From the NCBI RefSeq assembly GCF_009914755.1, contig NC_060942.1: DNA of 64,000 bases, one strand, 5' to 3'. The notes beneath the pieces were generated by a model that did not search any database, was not told the DNA's origin, and worked only from the letters and a program-made list of their open reading frames with translations. Positions 1 to 24,633 of this stretch are shown piece after piece. The translations under genes were made by a program, and so were the position numbers. This DNA is from the human T2T-CHM13v2.0 reference genome, Homo sapiens. How positions within the stretch are numbered: position 1 is the first letter of the stretch; each line of letters begins with the position of its first letter.

Positions 1-273
1 GGCAAGAGGCAGGCAAATACAGCCCAGTGCCATCAATGGCACATGGTGCATGGCGCTATGCAGGCACAGAGGAGGGAGCAAACACTAAAAGGCAAAATTA
101 TAGCCAAGAGGAAGAGACTGTACAGACCCAGAGCTCCGAGGATGAGGGGGATTTCACCAAAGAGGGAGGACAAAAGGGTGTCTCACACAATTACAACTGT
201 GGGAGGAAAAAGGGAGGGAGAGAGAACAGTGAGAGGGAATGAGAGCAAGATGGTGGTTTGGCAAGTCCTGTAT

Positions 274-404
274 GCCAGGTATGGTGGCACACCTAATCTC
301 AAGTACTCAGGAAGCTGAGGCAGAAGGATGGCTATAACCCAGGAGTTTGAGTCCAGCCTGGACAACATAGCAAGATCCCATCTCTAAAAAAAAAATAATA
401 ATAA
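274..404 (+). mobile_element. Alu monomer (FLAM-like)
   Basis: Degenerate Alu core followed by an A-rich tail. Confidence 0.7.
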
Positions 405-1347
405 TTCAAAGAAAAGATGTCCTGTCCTAGAGCATGGGGTGCCCACCAAGGGGGCTCCTGAAGGAGGGGGCCAGTCTGGGAAGAGTAATGGACAGACAAA
501 TGCAAAATAAAAGGACTCAGTGCCAGTTAAGTAGTTTGGATTTTTATTCTGGAGGCACTGGGGAACAATTAGAGATTTCCGGGAAAGAAATGTCATGAGC
601 TGTTTTACAAAGATAGCTTGCGTGGCAAAGTGGAAGGTCTGGAAACGGCAAAGAAACAGGAAGCAGGTGGAACAGTAAGTGGAGATGTTAGCGCAATGGC
701 CCAGGCAAGAGGCAACTGGCAGTGCAGTGCAGACAGACAGTTGGCCAGTGGAGAGTGAACCAGCATTTTCGGACAGACCATCAGCTACAACTTGGCCAGG
801 TGCTGAGAAGCTTCTGCATATGACCCACCCGTCAGAGTGGATGGGTGACGGCATGAGGGAGGTCAGGTGACCTGCAGCGAGCAGCTGAGTCCCTTCATCC
901 ACAGCAGAAATCTGAGAGAGCATCCAGAGGCTCAGACCCGTAAGAACCCCATGAGGAAGGCGAGGGCGAGGCAGAATTCAGGGATAAAGCCTCAAGCCTG
1001 AGTAACTGGTAGCTGTCACTGCCTTTAAACAAAATGGGGAGAAGAAGCAGGTAAGGGCATGGTTCTGGGCAGGCCACCTGCCATTACTGCAGGACCCTCA
1101 GGTGAAAAAGTCCAGGAAAAGCTGGAGGGAGAGGAAAGGGGACAGCGCTAGGGCGAGACTGGGGTTATGAGGACGCGCACAAGCATAACTACAAACCAAT
1201 TCAGGTCCCTGCCACCAGGAGCCTGCCACTCCCTGTACCGCTTCCACACTGGTGGGAACCACGTCCGCTTTGAGGAAACACAAGGCTCACGCACCTCTGT
1301 CCCCCATCATTTTTGTTGACTTTTATCTTGTGCCACAGAGAGTAAAC

Positions 1348-1407
1348 TATAAAATTTATGTAACATTAAATGGTTGTCCAATTATAAAAATTATGTAACA
1401 TTAAATG
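1348..1407. repeat. Two-copy direct repeat, period 35 bp
   Basis: tataaaatttatgtaacattaaatg at 1348 and tataaaaattatgtaacattaaatg at 1383. Confidence 0.8.
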
Positions 1408-2418
1408 TTTTTTGTTTCTTCAAATTACCCATGGCTCGTCTGCACCGTCTACCCTGTGGAGAATGCCGGTTTAGGGTATGGAGCATAAGCTATTGTGTTT
1501 TCATGAGTATAACTCATGTTTTTAGGGGTGATATTCTTGAAACAGAGTAAATATAGCCCAACTGCATAAAAAGTCTTACTCCAGTAACAAACAAACAGAA
1601 CTCAAGGTCAAAGTTCTTTAGAACCAGAAGTGAGAGTCCTTAGCTCTTGAGAAGTAGTCGGCTGAGCAGTGTCCTTAAAGGCAAAAAGGAATAATTTCTC
1701 TGTTCCCATGCTGAAGAAATAGCCACTGTGGTTGCTCAACTGGCTGAACAAATGTCCCTAGGCCAGGTCCCTAGCATTCAGGGAGAGTAGGCCCATCCGG
1801 CATCATGCTACTCTTCCCCTACTGGGAGAAGCCTTAAGATTCCCCTACAGGTCACCAAAGCACCGCTTCCTGGGGTGACTATTCCCAATTATAAACGCAC
1901 CCTGCCCAGCTAGACATGCCTCCTAAGGGAAGCAGCTGCAGGGCCCTCCAATCTAAAGCTGCGGAGCTGCAGACCTATACTGCCTCAACTCCTCAGAGGG
2001 AGGCTGCCTCCCAAATAGCTGGGGCACTACAGGGGACTGGGCTATATATCTGAGACAGAACAAAAGGCACCAAAGGCTCTTCTATCTTTAAATCTTGTGG
2101 GGGGTGTGATACATGACACTGTGTTAGCGACCCAGGCACGAGGTAAAGGGTGAGAGGCAGCTGCACTCCTCAATCACACACCACGAGAGCTTCCTGCCAG
2201 GGCTCTGCACTTGCTGCTGGTTCTGCCGGGAACTCTCATCCCTGTGATGTGCCCAGCTGTCCTTTCCTCTCCCTTTGTGCACATCTCCACGCTTAAGCAA
2301 TGCACCCCCCACTCTGTCCAGCCTTATTTTTCTCCTCATAGCACTAATCTCTAGCTGGCACGATAGCACATGTTATGTGTTCATCAACCGTCTCCCTCCA
2401 TTAAGATGTAAGCTTCCA

Positions 2419-2715
2419 GCTGGGCATGGAAGCTCACGCCTGTAATCCCAGCACTTTGGGAGGCCGAGGTGGGCGGATCGCCTGAGGTCAGGAGATTGAG
2501 ACCAGCCTGGCCAACATGGCGAAACCCCATCTCTACTGAAAATACAAAAATTAGCTGGGCGTGGTGGCACACACCTGTAGTCCTAGCTACTCAGGAGGCT
2601 GAGGTATGAGAATCGCTTGAACTTGGGAGCCGGAGGTTACAGTGAGCCAAGATTGCGCCACTGCACTCCAGCCTGGGCGACAGAGCGAGACCCTGTCTCA
2701 AAAAAAAAAAAAAAA
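2419..2715 (+). mobile_element. AluS, full length
   Basis: Dimeric Alu with poly(A); imperfect TSD gatgtaagcttc / gatgtaaacttc. Confidence 0.9.
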
Positions 2716-2850
2716 GATGATGTAAACTTCACAGGGCAAGGTCTTGTTGTTTGCTCACCTCTGGGTTATGCTCATAAAACAAGCTTTTGCCCATGTACCC
2801 TAAGTCAGACCCAAGAATGGTGTCTACCAATGATTGTCTCTTGCCACTTA

Positions 2851-3129
<279 letters not shown>

Positions 3130-4315
3130 TCAGATCTTGATTAATCAGCATTGCCCTGAGGGTCAGAAGACAAAGAGTATTTGGGGAAAATACTTCCTAA
3201 GATGAGGGAGAGAATTAAGATGCAATACAGTAAGAAAACTGGTCAGGCCACAGGCCCACTCTAACAGCAAACTAGTTAGAGGCGTCCACAGAGGCGGCGA
3301 GGGGTAGGGGGAACACCATGACCAGAACAGCTATCAACATAGGACACACAACCATCTCCCCTCCACCGTTCTCCAGTGGTGGCCAGCAGGCCAGAGGGGA
3401 GAGTGGAGGGGGACTCCTGGTCTCCCTGACCCTCCTCTCAATAGTAACACATAACCTCCTGCCTTGCTCTGCACTACAGCCATTTATATATGTCCCCTTA
3501 TTTCCTAACAGAGAAGATGATCTTGGAGGTAAATGACTATGCTGTTCACCTTCAGCAACAAGCTGGAAAAAGCAACAGACAGTCACTGGGTAGAGAAAAG
3601 ATTCAAGTCTTGGGACCATTTTAATGCTTTTCAAGATTGCAGACTTTCTTGTAGACATGAGCAATGTTTAAAGGAAAAACCATGTGATTATACATTCATT
3701 AAAAAAGAAGCCGGTACAGTTTATGCACAGGTACAGTTCTCCAAGGCAAGTGTGACAGGGACAATGGGAAGGTTTACATGCCTTTCTAGGAGCAATGGGA
3801 TGGATCTTGCCCCAAATGCGCCTCTCACCAAAAACAGGCTGGGTGCCCATGTTCAGGCAGTGAGTGATAAGTTCATTCCTACAGGTTGGATCAGGGATGG
3901 TAATCTGGCAGCTCCTTCCTCAGCCCCCAGGACAGCAGTAAGGGCTTCATGCCTCTGGGTCCTTGCATATTACTTTCAGTTACCAACAGAAAACATTTCA
4001 CAAATTCCTAAGGTGACTTCCTAATAAATATATCCTGCCTCAATAGAGAAACGCCACTGAAGTCTTCTTTCTCTGCTCATCTCAATTTCAAGAAAAAGGC
4101 AAGGTCTACTATCTGAAGTAAATACAAAAGTGAGCAACAATAAATATTCCATTAAGTTCAACATCATTCACTTTCTTGAAACCTAACTTAAAGGCAGCTT
4201 TGCCATTATACGCTAAGATTTTCAAGATATACCATGACATTCAGCCCCAAATCCCCATCTAGCAGTAGTCAACATGTAAAAGCCAGCAAACCACAAGGTC
4301 ATCTAGAGTGACTTA

Positions 4316-4789
<474 letters not shown>

Positions 4790-5210
4790 CTATCTCATGG
4801 CAGGAATCAAGCCCACCTGGGGACACATATGAGACCCCTGCCCTCAGCTACCTATCTGCTCAGCAAAGCCACCTTTGTTGGCTGCCCTCAATGAGCGCTA
4901 TTCCCACCCCACAGAGGAGATGCCGACACAGGAGCCTCTGAAGGGTGAGGTTCAACCCTGCCCTGCTATTCCCACTCTTGTCCTGCTGCTTTCGCGCCTC
5001 CCCAGCTATGATTAATTACTTGGTTCTGCTGTGCCACCCTGACTAGATGGTAGGGCCACAAAGGCAAGGACCATGTCTGCCTTGGTCGCAGCCGTGTCCT
5101 CGGCACTGGCACACCACCTCACCCACTGCTGCAACCCCACTGAGGAAACGAATGCTCTCATGACAGACAGCATCATCTGAACCCTTTTATTCATGGACAA
5201 ATATGCCTAC

Positions 5211-5284
5211 CTTTGTCACTTGCATTAACAGAAAAAGCTATATTGCTATCGATGGGAGTGTACTCGGAGACAAAATACCGTTTT
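5211..5284 (-). CDS. NPC1: NPC1 exon 7 ([24 protein letters not shown])
   Basis: 74 nt, acceptor ttttcag, donor gtaggc; keeps the frame between exons 6 and 8. Confidence 0.95.
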
Positions 5285-5567
5285 CTGAAAAACAGAAGTG
5301 AAGAAATAGCATTAGTGGACTTCATCACAGTGAGGTTGTTTTTGGGACATTCCTGTAATCCCATGAAATGCTTTCTTCCTCCTCCTGGCCTCCTCCTCCC
5401 TAATTACTGCCTTCTTTCCCCTAAGTCCCCTTGCTCTGGGTCCCTCTGCTCACCAGTCTCAGGAGAAAATTTAAGAAGATGTTAAGAGAACAATTAATAA
5501 AGGATAATTTCACCTTGTGGCCCTCATTTTATTTAAAACTTTTAGGTCCTTTAAAAACACACTACTG

Positions 5568-7490
<1,923 letters not shown>

Positions 7491-7582
7491 GTACTGTCCT
7501 AAATTAAGATGCAAATATCTAAAAGGACTATAGTACTCCATTTAATTAGATTTGAATCTGATTTCGCTCATTTGACTCTGAC

Positions 7583-8162
<580 letters not shown>

Positions 8163-8320
8163 TTACTATAGAATAGCTGTAGGACACAATAATCCATGCA
8201 ATGGTATTCATGGAGGTATTTGTTTCTTGTCCTAAGTAACCAAGCTCTGACAAATGAAAGCTCAAAGTGCCAGTGGGCAATTTTGCTCTTTTTGCCCTGG
8301 ATGACAAACAAAACTGCTTA

Positions 8321-8602
<282 letters not shown>

Positions 8603-9112
8603 TCAATTAAAAACATCCAAAATTTTGTATTATACTTAAACTCAAAGAAAAGCCCACTGAAATACATAAAACAACTGAAAGAAGAAAAAGAATTGGAGGT
8701 TTTAGTTTAATTAAATTATGTTTTGCTGCTTCGTCCTATGGAATTTTAAGTTACCTCAATAAACTTGCGCGTAGGGGTTTGTCACTGATAGAGGAATCCT
8801 CCAAGTACACCACATACCAAGGCAACCCTTCAATCATGTCCCATCTCCATTCTCAGGAGCTAATACTATAGCAGAGCTCTAGAAAAGCTGCCTCCCACCC
8901 CCTTTTTAACTGCTTATTCTTTCAATTATGACAGCAATGCCTGAAGGCAATTCATTTGCTCCTCCATTCCCACTCCCAGCACCCCCTAAATTAGCCACAG
9001 CAGGATAAATGTACCAGTTACCTCTCTTACTGGGAGAAACTATGAACTAGTTACCTGAATGTGTTTATCTTCCTATTGTAGATTATGCTTCCTCAACTAA
9101 GATTCATTCATT

Positions 9113-9392
9113 CATTCATGGAGAGACAGGGCTTTGCCCTCACCAAGGTTGGAGTACAATGGGATGATCGTAACTCACTGCAGCCTTGAACTCCTGGACC
9201 CACGCAATCCTCCTGCCTCAGCCTCCCAAGTAGCTGGGACTACAGATGCATGCCACCACACCTGGCTAATGTTTAATTCTTTCATAGAGATGGGGCCTCA
9301 CTACATTGCCCAGGCTGGTCTGGAACTCCTGGTCTTAAGCAATTCTCTTGCCTCAGTCTCCCCAAGCACTGGTGAGCCACTGTGCCCAGCCA
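9113..9392 (-). mobile_element. AluJ
   Basis: Diverged antisense Alu with a (ttca)n tail. Confidence 0.85.
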
Positions 9393-9406
9393 GTTCCTTG
9401 GCTTTA

Positions 9407-9667
<261 letters not shown>

Positions 9668-10098
9668 TCACGAGGCAAGATCTTACAAAAGGCCTCTTGA
9701 AGGGAAACACGAACTCCATATGCACCATGCTGGAATGCTGGACAGCAAACACTAACTAAGGGCACGAACAGAGATTCCCTTTAAATTGGCTTATCACCCT
9801 GCAAATAATATGGAGGCCCGATTCCAAGTAACTTAAAAGTAAAAAACAGACAGGAAAGGGAAAGGCACACGTTATCTCATAGCTCTCACAACAGCTTGGA
9901 GAAGTCAAATCCCCACTATATAGAAGAGTATACCAAGGCCCAGGAAGACGCAGCTAAGAGCCTCAGTACTTCTTCAGTTAACAAAGCTGGTTCCAGAAAA
10001 CCTCTGCCGCAGGAAGCTACACAGCCAGAGAATTATGGAACTTACTTGGAAAACTGGTTTTAGAGCAGAGGTCACGTGTCAATAAACCTAATACTGTT

Positions 10099-10442
<344 letters not shown>

Positions 10443-10959
10443 TTACACATACACACAACACATTACATAAGGATAGTATCAGTGTATTACACCTAAGAAA
10501 ATAGCTGGAATGGGTCCTGTACTGTCGATTCTCATTTACCAGTCTCTGCTTGCTAGAAACTTCCCAGGATCTTCTTTCCCTAATCTTCAAGGAGATGCTT
10601 ACACATTCATTTTGTTTTACCCTTGTTCTGGAAAGACAGGTTAACTAGGGTGACAGTCATCTCCCTCAGAATTCTCAACAGATTATTCCATTGCCTTCCA
10701 GGCTCTATCATGGCTGGTAAGAAAATCTCCAATTATCATTGTCTTAAGGTGATTTGTGTCTTGTCTCTATTTGCTTTTAAGATATTTGTCTTTGGGCCAG
10801 GGGTGGTTATGCACACCTTTAATCCCAGTAATTTGGGAGGCCCTGGTGGGTGGACTGCCTGAGCTCAGGAGGTCCAGACCAGCCTGGGCAATATGGCAAA
10901 ACCCCGTCTCTACAAAAAATAAAAAAATAAAAAAAAATTAGCCAGGTGTGGTGGCGCTA

Positions 10960-16100
<5,141 letters not shown>

Positions 16101-16915
16101 TTTCCATATTTACTTCTAAAACTTTCCAATTGGGATTTTTAATCTACACAATTGATTTTTTTATTTTCTGTAAAAATTAAAATTAGATAAATATAATCTA
16201 TTTTCTCATCTCATTTATCAACTAGCCCACCTTTTCTCTCAATGATTTGTAATGACACACGTGTTACACATCCACTTTCCATACATGCAGGCTTCTGTTT
16301 CTGGACAAAATGACCTCTCTCCATTCAGTCAGGTTGCCTTGTATGTCACATCTTTTGGATTCCTAAGTGCCTTATTTTTTGTTGCTTTTGTGAATGAGAC
16401 CTTTTTTCTATGGAATTTTTTTGTTACCTTTTTACTTTGTCATTATAATTAAATGTTGTATGTTGGTCAATGCTGGGGGATCATTTCTGCTATCTGTTAG
16501 ACCTGCTGACTTTCCTTTATGGTGATCTGATTCTTGCAAGTCATGACCTCTTCTCTGCCAACTATTAACAGTTCTATCTTCTCAGTCTTGCAGTAATTTA
16601 TGACATTACACAACTCATGTCTGTTAGAGTCAAAGATCCAATGGTTACTGAAGTGTATGGATGCAAACTTGCACATACTAAAATTTTCCATGTGGGAAGT
16701 TAAAGTTAGGGGGAGTTAAAGCAAGCGCTTTAAGGAGATTTTTATATTCGTTGCAGTTCAAGTCCTAGGATACAAGCAAAGCAACAACTCTTATTTCCTG
16801 GCCAATGGAACTGAAAATTGTGATTTTCCAGAGTTGACAGGACAACTAAAAGGAACAATTTGCTCTGCTGTCCTGATGCCAGCTGTAAAAGAGGAATAAT
16901 TAAAAGTTTACTTAC

Positions 16916-17091
16916 CATTGGCAAAACTCTGTCCGACGTAGTATTGTAACTCTTTCACATTTGTTTTCGTCTGGTTTGTAACAGGATCAACGTAATCTTC
17001 AGTAGCTGTAACATTCAAAAACTGACTCTGTCGAGGGCTACATGTCAGCTCACAAAACAGGTTCAGTAGGTTATAAAAACAGGATGGACAT
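16916..17091 (-). CDS. NPC1: NPC1 exon 4 ([21 protein letters not shown]...GQSFAN)
   Basis: 176 nt, acceptor tttag, donor gtaagt; inside ORF 16908..17132. Confidence 0.97.
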
Positions 17092-17392
17092 CTAAAGGAA
17101 AAGTAAATTATATTCTGCATGATCTCACACATAATAGGGCCAGCAAGAACGATTTTAAATAGACAAAGAATATTTTAAACTTACTGTAAAGTGACAAATT
17201 ACCAAGAGAACATATTAAAAACCAGCAATTCTAAACTTAAAACTTCATGTTAAAATAAAGGCACACCTTTAAAAAATGCCCTAATTACTTTCTGCATTTA
17301 TTGTGTCCAATTATAATTTCAAAAAGAGAGAGATGCTTCTCTGAATTCTGCACTTTATAATTTAGAGACATACATTCTCTGACCTAGAGTAA

Positions 17393-20960
<3,568 letters not shown>

Positions 20961-21531
20961 AGTGAGCCTAGGAACTCTGTTATCATGTCGACTTGACTTT
21001 TGATTACTTTAAGCCTCTAAAACCAGGCTTTTCACATGATTTTTCCAGTTCTAATATCCCTGTGTATCACAGGATGGTAAAAAAAGAACAGGAATCAGAA
21101 TCCTGGTAGCAGCCAAAATTCACAGGCTCTCAGTGGAACACAGAGAAAACACTGAAATGACCAGGGGACAAGGACGTCAAAGCCACTTAGCAACAGAGTC
21201 CATTTGAGTCCTGAAATCTAGGAATCAAAACCAGCTAACTTCTAATATATTTTGCAGATGCTGCAAGGGCAACATACGAAGTACCAAGGTCAGTCTCTAA
21301 ATAGCAACCTGCTATTGGGAAACTTTATGAGAGGTATAAAGTCAGCCCCTGAAAAATTAAGCCTTTGGAGTTACGGTGTTCTTTCTCTGCACTGTATGCC
21401 ACAGGTTAGAGTTTGAGAGTCCGGGATAAGACTTAAGCCTGTTAGTCTCATCTCCACCTCCACCCTGCAATAACATTTAAGGAATAATTACAGAGGATCT
21501 TGTGATCAGCATTTTGTGTTCCCAGTGCCTA

Positions 21532-21669
<138 letters not shown>

Positions 21670-23863
21670 CTACAGAAAGTCAACACAAACTTCAGTGTTA
21701 CCAGGGTCTCAATGGTAAATTTCAACAAGAAGTGCCCACTCAAGTACAATCACAGAAACTTCCAATGCTACCTGCAAAATTAAGTAACAGCAACAGGCAC
21801 TTAACATTTTGAAAAATATTAATTAAAGCAGACCAAATGCCTATTTGTCAAGTCAGTGAAGTAGGTAATGGAAATTGCTTATTTACATAATTTCTATTTC
21901 CTGCTTATTTGTTGATAAGAGGAAGCTATAGTTCCATGTAAGAAATACTCAATCACAGTAGAGAGAAAAGCAAGATAGTGACTTAGCAATTACTAAAGCA
22001 CTATTTTTGCACATCTGCACCAGGAACTATATAAGCTCTAAGTAATGAAAGAATATTTCCATATGTATTTAGGTTAATTAATATCAATACATCATGAGTA
22101 ACATGAAGAACAAAACAACAAAACCACAAACATCAACACCCCAATGTAAAGAGCAAGAATGAACTTCCTGTCCTTGAGGCTGAAGTAGAAAGCAAAGAAT
22201 GTGCTAACTTTAAGGAAAAACACCGAGGCAATCTCAAAAGAAAATTTTAAAACCTCTTATGTAAAGATTTCTCAAAAACCACTCACATTTCCCATGTGAG
22301 AGTCACAAGGTTGTCAGAAAATTCAGCGGAGGGGAGGGGTCAGTGTGAATCATCAGGTCAGTGCCTTGCTCTGAAGGCTGCTGCCCAAAACGCACCTGAT
22401 CCTCTGCCTCACAATGGACTCAGAAAGCCACAGAGGGCCCAGCTTGCCAGGGCCCCGGGCCTGCAATCGTCTGTTCTACAGGGAAACAGAAGATATCAAG
22501 AAGCAGCCATGGCTCCCAAGAACCCTGATGGGAAAGCCATAAAAAAAAAACAAATCTGAACAGAAGTCACAACATGAAATTCTCTCCAGTGACAGTGGCA
22601 CATGACCTGCACACAGGCAAGAAGCTAAGTCAGTCTGTGTTGGTCCTTCAGTATCAAAATACAAATCCCACAACAGTCCCTGAAGCCCAAAAACATGAGA
22701 AAAAGTCAGCAGGAGATTGGGATTTGTATGTGTGGGGAAATCCAAGGCATCAATATCACTTTTCTCTGAATTCATTTTTCAGATGTTCTAAAATAAAAAT
22801 TAGGACTTAACTCCTCTTGACTCTTTGAAAGTCATGTTTAGGCCACAAAGGAGGGAAATTATACAAATAAGGAAGTGACAACAAGCCTTCAACAAAGCCA
22901 CATATGAACCCTGTGCCAAGATTCCACCACTATTTTTATATAAAGAGAATCCCAATTGTTATTCCCATAAACCCGGTGATTCTAAGGAAAAAAGAAACGT
23001 ATTGCAACTCTGGGTTTCCAACTAATGGAAAAAAGTCCTAATGAGTAAAAGTCATTATCCATCTAACTAAAGTTTGAAAAGGCAAAAGCTGACTACAGAG
23101 GCAGAGGAAACTGCTGAAGTTCACATGAAATTTTAAATACAAAGAACTCTTCCCTAGACCTCGCAGAACTCTCCAGGGATTGGCCTGTCTCTGCCTCAGG
23201 GGCACTCTGGCTGGTTACCCACAGGAGCAGGAGTGACAAGAGACAGATGTGCAGTCAACACACTGCAGCTCTGGCCTGACAAACAGGACGGGTGTCTGGA
23301 GTCTAAAATCCCCTTACTCAGCACTTGGTACTATAGATGTGAATAAAGATGGCCCACTGCTGTTTAGGTTCCTTTTCACAAAGATCATTCGTTACTTATT
23401 TCAAAGCAAGTGCTATTTCCACCCACTTGGTGGAAGAGGGGTGGGTGAGAAGGCGGCACGGAGTGGGATCGAGTCCTGGGTTCTGATCCCAAGAGCTCCT
23501 GAGGCTCAGTGTGCTTGTTGAGCTGGATTGCACCTGGGATCACACCTGGAGCAGGTTACGTAACCACGTAGGAGTTTTCCTACCTGGGAAATGAAGCTCA
23601 TAAGCTCTGCCTACCTCACAGGTTCCTGTGAAGATCAAATAAGGGCCTATCTGTACATATATAGTAAGTACTCAGTAAACTACAGAGCACCACGCAATCA
23701 AATATAAGGAATTATTATTAATGTCTTCTACCTGCTTGAGACCTCGGCAAAGAGGTTCCAAAGACTTAAAAAATTAACACCTGAGCCCAGGAAATTTGGG
23801 CTTGAATCAACATTCAGGTTTGCTTCTCAAAAGGTCATCTTCTAGAGACACAGCAGAGAAGAC

Positions 23864-23900
<37 letters not shown>

Positions 23901-23901
23901 A

Positions 23902-24532
<631 letters not shown>

Positions 24533-24633
24533 TCATCCTGCCGAAAGAAGCAACCTAAGCCAGCAGGACCCAAAGACTTACAAAGCACTGGCGGTGTCCT
24601 AGGCTTAGGCACTATTTTAAATGCTCTTCACAT

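Noticed and set aside
3533-4024. 163-aa plus-strand intronic ORF (also the 179-aa ORF at 384-923)
   Set aside because: No homology, splice context or coding-like composition; within chance expectation
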